Below are positions 35,722-44,300 of a stretch of DNA of 54,370 nucleotides, in pieces. The notes beneath the pieces are model-generated. The model was not told the DNA's origin, did not search any database, and saw only the letters and a program-made list of their open reading frames with translations. The DNA comes from a virus (taxonomy: Duplodnaviria > Caudoviricetes), in IMG/VR virus record IMGVR_UViG_3300020421_000026, positions 1 through 54,370 of that record; one strand, given 5' to 3'. A program made the position numbers and the translations under genes. Numbering within the stretch: position 1 is the stretch's first letter; every line of letters starts with the position of its first letter.

Positions 35722-36502
35722 TGTCTAAATCAACGTCTATTTTACCAGGACATGCAGGACTACAAGTAGCCGCATTACTTTGTAAGAATTGAAAATCACC
35801 GTCTGACCCTACTAAAACAAATTTTAAGTAGTGGTTAGCATTACCTGTTTGGTTAGATGTGATAGCATTATCATCACCCGTGATATTCATTTCCCAAGTT
35901 GCGGAACCGGAGTCTACTTTAACACCACTTTGTGAAAAAGCAGATGTGTTATTCCAATCAGAACCAGGAGTACCACTCCATGCTTTTGAGTTTGAAACAG
36001 CATTCCTAAAGTCGTTCCTGTCACCTAGTATCGTCAAATCCATATTAAGGTTGTCTGCGGCAAAGTTTGCACCAATATCTATATCAAAAATGTTTGTATC
36101 ACCTTGAATGTTCCAAAGCATATCAACATTATCTGCACTACCAGATGCACCTATGTTTAAATCTAATGAATTAGAATCTCCTAAAAAGTAGAAATCCCAT
36201 ACAGTTGATCCAGAACCGTCTCCAGTCCATGCACCAAATATTTCATTACCATCACCGTCTTGAATGATATCAATAATCAAATTAGATCCTGTGATAACTA
36301 AATCGCTACCGTCACCAGCATCACCTGATATCTTGTTAGCACTACCAGCCTGTAATATGGTCAAAGTTAGATTATCCCCTTGTTGGTCTAATAAAACTTC
36401 GTTGTCGTCAGCACCTATGGCAGGAGCAAATAATCCTACTGTTAGGCCCATGACTGCGAAGACATTGATTGCAAAATTTTTAAATAAATTTTTAGTCTTC
36501 AT
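35684..36502 (-). CDS. Curlin-repeat secreted protein (CsgA/CsgB-like)
   Basis: Signal peptide and repeats LDQQGDN, ILQAGSAN, IIQDGDGN, SNQTGNAN. A GGAG SD favours ATG 36502. Confidence 0.72.
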   Translation of the reverse strand: MKTKNLFKNFAINVFAVMGLTVGLFAPAIGADDNEVLLDQQGDNLTLTILQAGSANKISGDAGDGSDLVITGSNLIIDIIQDGDGNEIFGAWTGDGSGSTVWDFYFLGDSNSLDLNIGASGSADNVDMLWNIQGDTNIFDIDIGANFAADNLNMDLTILGDRNDFRNAVSNSKAWSGTPGSDWNNTSAFSQSGVKVDSGSATWEMNITGDDNAITSNQTGNANHYLKFVLVGSDGDFQFLQSNAATCSPACPGKIDVDLDSENASVSIRQTD

Positions 36503-37472
36503 CATTTTCTCCATTTTTCTTCAGGAGCATTTTCTCCCAAAGTTTTTTATCGGCTTTAAGATCCTCTTCTTCTATATCAACTTGCATCCATGTTGCGTTT
36601 TCGTCCTCTGATAATTCTTGAACGTCCCACCCTTCAGGATACACAATTTTCCAATAGCCTCTCTCATCGCCTTGTTGTATCAATGCCAATACCGCGGCTT
36701 CAATAGCCGAACGTACTGCCCATGTAACACTTTCGTTCTCTGTCATACCACTTTCTAATTCAAGAAGTTTTGTGTCCATGTCTAAAAATCTAAACACATC
36801 TCCTCCTATCCCTGTACTCAAAATGGTTTTGTATGTCTGTACGTTGAGTAACACTTCGCCCGTGAGTGTGCTTACGGCTCTCAGTGATACAACAACACTA
36901 TCTCTTCGATATTGATTAGTTGTTCCAATACCTAGATATCTTGCCCCATTACCTCCAGTTTCAATATTAGTGTCATATCCAATGATACCACCTTCTAATA
37001 TCATACCTGCAAATAATAGCGGTTGGACTCCTTCTGCTGGTTTTTCGTCTGTGGCAAATTGTTCACGAGTACTTCGAACAATTTGTCTTTCTCGCACAAG
37101 GTTGTCTAGTCCTAAACCTCTTTCTACAACTCTAAACCACGTGCCTTTAGGATCATCCTTAGCACCTGCGGCTTTTAAAGAGTCAATTAATAAATCTTTT
37201 GCACCTTGCGTAACTGCGGTGCTGAAACTTGCAACTCCATCTGAACTCATCCTTTGTCCAGTTAAGTCGTCAAATTTGTAAACTGCAACCACTGGCTTTA
37301 CTTCTGCTGGTGGCAAGTTTCTTAGTTTCTTATATGTGGGTAATTCAACGAATTTTGGTTCTTCAATACATTCTAATAATGACGTATTGCAGACTTTGTC
37401 GCCAGGTATGGAAATGCTGGCGCATCCGCTAATTAGCAAAGCAAATATTACTGCTATAATTCCATTTTTCAA
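36492..37472 (-). CDS. csgG: Curli secretion channel CsgG (lipoprotein)
   Basis: Lipobox LISGC, VAVYKF.D.TGQ, FSTAVTQG, WFRVVER.GL.NL.RERQI, EGGIIGYD, GARYLGIG, AIEAAV. Confidence 0.93.
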   Translation of the reverse strand: MKNGIIAVIFALLISGCASISIPGDKVCNTSLLECIEEPKFVELPTYKKLRNLPPAEVKPVVAVYKFDDLTGQRMSSDGVASFSTAVTQGAKDLLIDSLKAAGAKDDPKGTWFRVVERGLGLDNLVRERQIVRSTREQFATDEKPAEGVQPLLFAGMILEGGIIGYDTNIETGGNGARYLGIGTTNQYRRDSVVVSLRAVSTLTGEVLLNVQTYKTILSTGIGGDVFRFLDMDTKLLELESGMTENESVTWAVRSAIEAAVLALIQQGDERGYWKIVYPEGWDVQELSEDENATWMQVDIEEEDLKADKKLWEKMLLKKNGENDED

Positions 37473-37475
37473 TTT

Positions 37476-37976
37476 TTATCCGCCTAATGTTCCAATTCCG
37501 ATAGGTATTTCTATTTCAGTAATTGTTCCATCTGCGTCAACAATAGTTAGTCTAATGTATTCTATTCCATCTACTGTAACTACCGTGTATGAGACGTTAC
37601 TGTCCTCAATAGTAAATGCACCTTCGGTAGAATTGGTACAAGTTGGTACTTCTGCTGGATTACAAAACATACTATCAACCAATCCCTTAGAAATTTGTGA
37701 ATAAATCCTACTCTCCAAATTTCTAATAAATTTGTTAATTGTGCTGTTATTTTCCAATCTATCTGCCGCTCTAAGAGCCGCTTCTATATCATCTGCTATT
37801 TTATCTTTTCTGCTCTTTTCCTGATTTTCAATCGTAAGGTAATGAGCACCGGTTCCTATTCCACTAAAACTTGGATTTTTAAACTTATGTTTTAGTTGGT
37901 CAGCAAACACGGTTTGTGATGCAAAAAATGCCAACATGACTACAATTCCTAAATGTGTTCCTGTTATCTTCATCAT
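37476..37976 (-). CDS. csgF: Curli assembly component CsgF
   Basis: Signal peptide, then H.FKNPSFSG, F..NL.SRI.SQ and a C-terminal DG.ITEIEIP. Adjacent to csgG. Confidence 0.85.
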   Translation of the reverse strand: MMKITGTHLGIVVMLAFFASQTVFADQLKHKFKNPSFSGIGTGAHYLTIENQEKSRKDKIADDIEAALRAADRLENNSTINKFIRNLESRIYSQISKGLVDSMFCNPAEVPTCTNSTEGAFTIEDSNVSYTVVTVDGIEYIRLTIVDADGTITEIEIPIGIGTLGG

Positions 37977-38278
37977 TTTTTCTTCTTTTGTTGAGACATT
38001 TCCCTTTCAGCGAGTGCCTCTTTTTCCTCTGCGTCTTGCAAAATTTCTTGCCGTGTTCTATACTCTAACACAACATCTACTTTTTGTTGCAAACGAATTA
38101 AGTCTTGGTCCAACATTCTTGTTTGGTCTATAACTCTTATAAGAGCCATATGCATCTTTCCTAATGCTGGTTTTATTTCCGTATTAATATATTTCCATAC
38201 ATAGTATATAAAATATCCTAAGCCTACACAGGCTACGACCGGAAAACCATATTGTGAAATTAATGCCGCTATGTCCAT
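37973..38278 (-). CDS. Small single-TM coiled-coil protein (GFP-motif, YvrJ-like)
   Basis: LISQYGFPVVACVGLGYFIYY followed by a helical tail. ATGA-coupled to csgF. Confidence 0.7.
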   Translation of the reverse strand: MDIAALISQYGFPVVACVGLGYFIYYVWKYINTEIKPALGKMHMALIRVIDQTRMLDQDLIRLQQKVDVVLEYRTRQEILQDAEEKEALAEREMSQQKKKK

Positions 38279-38580
38279 TAATCTCTCCTTACATCGAGTT
38301 TACCGTCCTCAATAAAGTTTTCTGCCCGGGCTACCCGTTCGATATCAGGTCTTAACTCCAATGCACTACTGACTAACATATCGATTTTAATCATCTCGTT
38401 ACTCATAGTTCTTGCTCTATTTTCTAAGGATTCGCAAAACTTAGTCAATGTTTCGACCTGACCGACGACGCCAGCCATTAATTGCTTAATTATAATAAAA
38501 ATAAAATATCCCATTACGATTGCTCCGGCAATAGGGAATCCTACTTCTGCTATTAATTGAAATACTTCTTTCATCTGCAC
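38278..38580 (-). CDS. Small single-TM coiled-coil protein, paralog of the downstream gene
   Basis: LIAEVGFPIAGAIVMGYFIF followed by a helical tail. TAATG-coupled. Confidence 0.7.
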   Translation of the reverse strand: MQMKEVFQLIAEVGFPIAGAIVMGYFIFIIIKQLMAGVVGQVETLTKFCESLENRARTMSNEMIKIDMLVSSALELRPDIERVARAENFIEDGKLDVRRD

Positions 38581-38659
38581 ACTCTGTTTGTTTATAATTC
38601 TATTTTTGTAGTGTGATGTATGTGTTACTCTACAAGTAAGACTCTAGGTCTTACGTTCT

Positions 38660-38667
38660 TATTTATC
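38660..38667 (-). promoter_or_regulatory. Late-promoter motif heading the curli/FecR/cyclase cluster
   Basis: GATAAATA followed after 5 nt by the hairpin GTAAGAC-N5-GTCTTAC. Confidence 0.65.
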
Positions 38668-38828
38668 AATTTTTCTGGTAAAAATTTACATCTATATAAG
38701 AAACTGGCATAAATAAACTTGTAACATGATTGTAACATTACGTTGCAGAACATTTTTGTAATACCCATTAGGGCTGATACAATAACAATGTGTGTAGCAA
38801 TTATTTACATCACAATCGGAGAAGAAAA

Positions 38829-38954
38829 ATGGCGAAATCCTTAGGAATAGTAGCCAATGCAACTCAACGTTTTGCTTTGGACTACTTTAGAAAATTTGAC
38901 TCGATGATGAAATCTGGCTCTATAGAAAGAGTTTTAGAAGACGCATTATTTTAG
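38829..38954 (+). CDS. 41-aa small protein, not in the ORF track
   Basis: GGAG SD, MAKSLGIVANATQRFALDYFRKFDSMMKSGSIERVLEDALF, upstream CATAAATA and downstream terminator. Confidence 0.65.
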   Translation: MAKSLGIVANATQRFALDYFRKFDSMMKSGSIERVLEDALF

Positions 38955-38960
38955 TCAGTC

Positions 38961-38992
38961 AAAAAAAAGCACCCATAAAGGGTGCTTTTTTT
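38961..38992. terminator. Bidirectional Rho-independent terminator
   Basis: A8-GCACCC-ATAAA-GGGTGC-T7 between convergent genes. Confidence 0.9.
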
Positions 38993-39005
38993 AATTTTGT
39001 TTTTA

Positions 39006-41231
39006 TTACATCATATTAACTAAAACTTCAATAACACCTTCTCCACTATCAATAGAACCTATTGCTTTACCAATTATTCTACCTGGGCCTGCATTATTAT
39101 CTGCTTTAGCATGACCTTCAACACCTGAAGCAACCATTAAGTCACCTTTAGCAACTGGACCAACTACTTTACAAGGAACCCTTCCTGTTAAAGCAACGTA
39201 TTGTCCTTCTGCATCTGCGTTCATCATGTATGCTGGATCTGTACTAATAACACCTGCAACTCTGTGGTCAAGTTCTTCGCCACATGCAGTAACTTCAGAC
39301 TCTCCTCCAAAGCATACTACAGTACCTGCTTCATATTCTGCATCACTTTCGTATTTCTCAGCCAAATCCGCGTATCTTGCCGCTGTTGCTGTACCTACAA
39401 AGAACGATGCGGCAACATTTGCTGTTGTAGTAACATTACCTGCCAAACTAGTCATTGCGCCAGTGTAACCTGTAATTCTTGCGTCTGCTCTTGCGTTGGT
39501 GTAATATAAGTTTGTTGAACCTTCTGATAAATTATCAGTGTCAAATGCACCCATGTTTACAGCAACGTCATCAGCATTTACAGTAATACCTGTACCTGCT
39601 CCAATGTTTAATGTAACTGCACCTGAAGTACCGCCACCTGTTAAACCTGATCCTGCTGTAACACCTTCAATGTCACCTGCGTCATTAGTAAAACTAATTA
39701 CACCTGTTGAACTGTTATATGAAATATCACCACTTGCACTAAGAGCCGCTCTTGCTCTTGCAGTTGTGAAGTATTGATTGTCGCCTTCTGTGATATCAGT
39801 TGTTGTTAATGCTTCAGCAATAGTAATTGTTCCTGCGGAATCATCATATGTTACACTGATGTTACCTGAACCAGACATAATAGCACCAACTCTGTCATCT
39901 ACTCTCTCATTGGTATAGTAAAGGTTTGAACCTTCTGCTAAATCGCCTGTATCTTGATTAGAAATATCTAAGTTTGTACCAACTTGTAATGCAATTCTGG
40001 CATCTGCTCTTGCTGATGTATGGTAAAGATTACTTGAACCTTCTGACAATGAGTCAGTGTCTGCCGCCGCAATCTTAACATCAAATCTAGCATCTGCTCT
40101 TGCTGATGTATGGTAAAGATTACTTGAACCTTCACTAAGTGCATCTGTATCAGCCGCCGCTATCCTGGCATCTGCTCTTGCGTTTGTGAAGTATAAGTTT
40201 GTTGAACCTTCTGCTAAAGCATCTGTGCCAGTTGCTATAGAATAATATGTTGTTCCATCATTTGTGAATTGCCATACGTCTGAAGTTTCGTTCCATTGTA
40301 AAAATACATCTGCACTACTTCCTCTGTTTACTTGTAAACCTGCGTTCTCACTTGGAGAACCACTGGCATCTCTGTTCAATTCAACAATGTTATCTGCCAA
40401 ACTTGCTGTTGTTGTATTAACAATAGTGTTCGTACCATTAACTGTTAAGTCACCGCTAATAACAACGTCACTACTAAATGTTTTTGCACCGCCAACAGTT
40501 TGGTCTCCAGTTGTTCTAACAACTGTACTGTCTGCGGTAAGTGTTGCTCCAGATATATCTATACCTGAGCCACCTGTTAAATATGTTGCACCATCAACGT
40601 ATGCCTTTCTTGCGGCATCGTTAGCCTGTGCTGGTGCTGGTAAATTATTAATTGAATTACTGTTTATATTAATGTTTGACCCCATTGTCAAACCACCAGT
40701 ACCTGTAAGTACTTGTCCACTATCAATTGTGATTGCACTTTGTAAATTAATTACACCAGTACCACTTGCGTTTAATTCAACGTCACCTGATCCTGAAGTT
40801 ATAATGCCAACGTTTTGGTTAGCATCTGCACTAAGTTGAATTGTACCTGAATTATCTTCAATAACTTTTTGTCCATTAACATAAAGTGATCCTGGACCAA
40901 CGTACAAGTCTCGCCATTGTTTACTTGATGAACCTAAGTCATATGTAACATCTGCTGAAGGTAAAATATGTTGTGCTACTGCTGAACCATCAAATGCTAG
41001 TGATACAGCACCTGACGTGCCTCCACCAGATAAACTTGATCCTGCCGTAACGGCTGTAATATCACCTGCTTGTATGTCTGAAAATTTTGCTAGTCTATGC
41101 CCACCTGCTGTTGAACCATCGTGGACCCTAATGGTATCTAAATCTGTATCTACGGTAATCTCACCTACTAGTCCTGTGAATGAACTGTGTTGGGAGGTTG
41201 TACCTCGTCTCCATTGGATTGCTGTTGCCAT
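39006..41231 (-). CDS. Fibre-like virion protein (Mtd-N-like N-terminus, repeats, peptidase-G2/chaperone-like C-terminus)
   Basis: IQWRRGTT..H..FTG..GEITVDTD....VHDG.TAGG, multiple TD.L.EG..NLY.T..RA repeats, ARYADLAE.Y C-terminal domain. Confidence 0.75.
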   Translation of the reverse strand: MATAIQWRRGTTSQHSSFTGLVGEITVDTDLDTIRVHDGSTAGGHRLAKFSDIQAGDITAVTAGSSLSGGGTSGAVSLAFDGSAVAQHILPSADVTYDLGSSSKQWRDLYVGPGSLYVNGQKVIEDNSGTIQLSADANQNVGIITSGSGDVELNASGTGVINLQSAITIDSGQVLTGTGGLTMGSNININSNSINNLPAPAQANDAARKAYVDGATYLTGGSGIDISGATLTADSTVVRTTGDQTVGGAKTFSSDVVISGDLTVNGTNTIVNTTTASLADNIVELNRDASGSPSENAGLQVNRGSSADVFLQWNETSDVWQFTNDGTTYYSIATGTDALAEGSTNLYFTNARADARIAAADTDALSEGSSNLYHTSARADARFDVKIAAADTDSLSEGSSNLYHTSARADARIALQVGTNLDISNQDTGDLAEGSNLYYTNERVDDRVGAIMSGSGNISVTYDDSAGTITIAEALTTTDITEGDNQYFTTARARAALSASGDISYNSSTGVISFTNDAGDIEGVTAGSGLTGGGTSGAVTLNIGAGTGITVNADDVAVNMGAFDTDNLSEGSTNLYYTNARADARITGYTGAMTSLAGNVTTTANVAASFFVGTATAARYADLAEKYESDAEYEAGTVVCFGGESEVTACGEELDHRVAGVISTDPAYMMNADAEGQYVALTGRVPCKVVGPVAKGDLMVASGVEGHAKADNNAGPGRIIGKAIGSIDSGEGVIEVLVNMM
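40000..40133. repeat. Perfect 44-bp direct repeat within the fibre gene (90-nt period)
   Basis: gcatctgctcttgctgatgtatggtaaagattacttgaaccttc at 40000-40043 and 40090-40133. Confidence 0.9.
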
Positions 41232-41335
41232 CGTTATCTCTTCCTATATAGTTTGTTCTACATTATTTGTAGTCTACACTCACGTCTGAGTCTAGTCAAA
41301 AGGATTACCTTTTATATAAGAGTATTTATCTAGAT

Positions 41336-44300
41336 TTACTTAATTAGTGCTTCTACAACACCGGTTCCGCTTGTTAGGTTTTCGCTTATCGCTACACCTA
41401 TCACACTTGCACCAGCATGGTATCCGTTGAATGGAGCCGCTTGAGCATGTCCTGGAGTATTACTTGCAATCAGTACATCACCTTTTCTAACAGCACCTGC
41501 AACTTTAACTGGAACACGACCTTTGAGTGCAACTGCTACAACATTGTCGCCTTCTAATTCTGCGTTCATTAAGTGTGCTGGGTTGGTTGAAACAACACCT
41601 GCTACTGCTGGACTGTTCTGTTTTGTTACTTCTGTAACTTCTGCACTTCCGCCTATAACCATAACTGTTCCAGGCTCATAAGGTTTGTCTGCCAAATAGT
41701 TCTCTGCCAAGTCAGCATATCGAGCCGCTGTTGCTGTACCAGTTATAATGTTTGCCGCAAAGTTGCCTGAGGCATCTCTAACTACGGCTTTACTTGCAGT
41801 ATTTGTACTTGTGAATATTGCTGTATCAGTTAAGTCTACTGCTAAACTAACTGCACCAGATGTACCGCCACCTGATAAACCATTACCTGCTGTAACACTT
41901 TCAATATCACCTGCATCGTTAGTAAAACTAATTACACCAGTTGAATTATCATAACTGATGTCTCCACTAGCACTAAACAATGCTCTTATTTCTGAAGTGT
42001 CTGCTGTAATGGCACCTGTTGAATTATCGTAGTTTACACCACTGCTACCACTTAAATGTGCTCTTACTTCTGAGGCACTTGGACCTGTGTATGTAAATAC
42101 ACCTGTTGTATTATCATATGCTAAACTTCCGTCACCGCCTGAATCAGTTACACTTAAAAGTGCTTCTACTTGAGTTACTGTTAAAATGTCGTTGTATGTT
42201 GAACCATCGTTTGTGAACTGCCACTTATCTGTGCCTTCATCAAACTGTAATTTTACATTAGTTGATGTTCCTCTTTCAACTTCAATACCAGCATCCTGTG
42301 AAGGAGTGCCTGATTCATTATTGTTAAGAACAATAATGTTATCATCTACAGTTAAAGTTTCAGTATTAACAACTGTTTGTGTTCCGTTTACAGTTAAGTT
42401 TCCGTTAAATACTGCATCGTCACTAAATGTTTTAGCACCTGCAATAGTTTGTGCGGTGTTTGTTCTAACCACTGTAGCATCTACATCAATAGTACCACTG
42501 CCATAAGCAATACCATTACCGCCATCTAAGTAATCATCGATTCTAGTGGTTGTAAAGTATAAGTTATCGCCTTCTGTGATATCTGTTGTTGTTAAACTTT
42601 CACTAACTACAATAGTATCTGCGGTGTCATCGTATGTAACAGTAATGTTACCTGAACCAGACATAATAGCACCAATTTTATCTGCCGCTCTTTCATCTGT
42701 ATAATATAAATTTGTGCCTTCTGCTAAATCACTTGTTGTTTTACTTGCTAATGATAAGTTACCTGCTGTAACACTAAGAACTTCTGCATCAACGTATGCT
42801 TTAATACTTTGCTGTGAAGCGGCATGAGTCGAACTATCTGACGCCATGTTGTCTTCATCTTTTAAGTCTATTGCAATATCATTTGCATTTACTGTCATAC
42901 CTGTGCCAGCAACTACATTTAATGTCACATCGCCTGATGAGCCACCGCCTGTTAAACCAGCACCTGCAACAACACCAGTTACATCACCTGTTAGGTCATT
43001 GTCAATAACAAATGTACCGTTGGTATCATCGTATGTTACTGTTATATTTGCACCACCGGAGACCAATACATTAATTTGGTCATCTACTGCTTCTGCAAAG
43101 TCACTAACTTGTGATGCTGTAATGTTTATGGAAGTGTTTGCCGCACCAGTTACTTGTCCTTGTGCGTTTATAGTTAATGCAGGAACTTTGTTTGCATCGC
43201 CATATACACCTGCTGTTACACCTGTGTTAGTGATTGCTATATCATTTGCGTTAGCAGTAATACCTGTACCACCAACTACATTTAGTGTGACATCACCACT
43301 TGTTGCGTCACCTGTTAAACCTGTTCCAGCGGTTACACTTGTAATGTCTCCGCTTAAATCTGCATCTAGTGTGAGTGTGCCGCCAGTATCATCATAAGTC
43401 GCAGTTATGTTTGCGCCTCCTACTATTAATGCACCTACTCTATCATCTACACGTTCGTCTGTATAAAATAAATTTGTTCCTTCTGTAATGTGATCCGATG
43501 TACTCGGAACACTAATTACACCTGTACCGCTGTTGTATCCTTGGCTTCCTGCACTTACACTAAACAGACCTCTTATGTCTGCATTACTTGTTTCTATTAC
43601 TGCAACATTGGCAGTTGTGTTAGCAATTCTGCTAACTGTGATTCCGTAATCACCTTTTATTCCTGCTGGGAAGAAAGTAGTACCTGCTTGAGTCATTATA
43701 GTGGTGTCTGAACCATTATTTGCACTACCTAAATCAATTGTGTTTACTCCTGCCTGCACAAGTGTTTTTGGAACACCTGCTTCAACACCATAGAACTGAG
43801 AACCATCATAATAAATTGTTCCGTCTGCGTGATATGTATCACTTTGTTTATCACCAATAATGATAGCACCATCAACTGTTAATCTTTCTATTAGACCATC
43901 ACCTGCACTACTTGAAGCACTTGTTACTGAGTAAACATCTGCACCTGAATTTGCAGATACCGTTTGATTAGTAATATATGTGCTAATATCACCACCCACA
44001 AACATTACACTATCTTCAAAAGTGTGTCTGCTGGCTCTTGGTGAACCTATTTTAACTGTACTTGCACTTGCTTGTGAACTAATATTTCCGCCATAACTGT
44101 CTGCATTTCTATCAGTAACATCACTTGAATGAGCAAATGTAAATATGTTTCCTGATGCAACACCTAAACCTGAAGAAGTTCCACCAAAGAAACTTGGTGT
44201 GCCTATTTCTTCTTTAAAGAACAATGATGTTATGTTTGAAGCATAAGATTGACTTGTAATATTTGAATCTCTTTGAATAGTAATGTTACTTAGGAATACA

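Noticed and set aside
38580-38828. CRP site or riboswitch upstream of the cyclase-containing cluster
   Set aside because: Only TGTGA/TCACA half-sites occur, without the N6 spacing. No known riboswitch consensus was recognised.
39480-40230. Spaced repeats resembling a CRISPR array
   Set aside because: They are in-frame protein repeats with codon-level variation, and no cas genes are present.
39006-41750. Possible diversity-generating retroelement (Mtd-N-like fibre plus two similar C-terminal regions)
   Set aside because: No reverse transcriptase or non-coding template repeat is in the window. Differences between the C-termini are not adenine-restricted.
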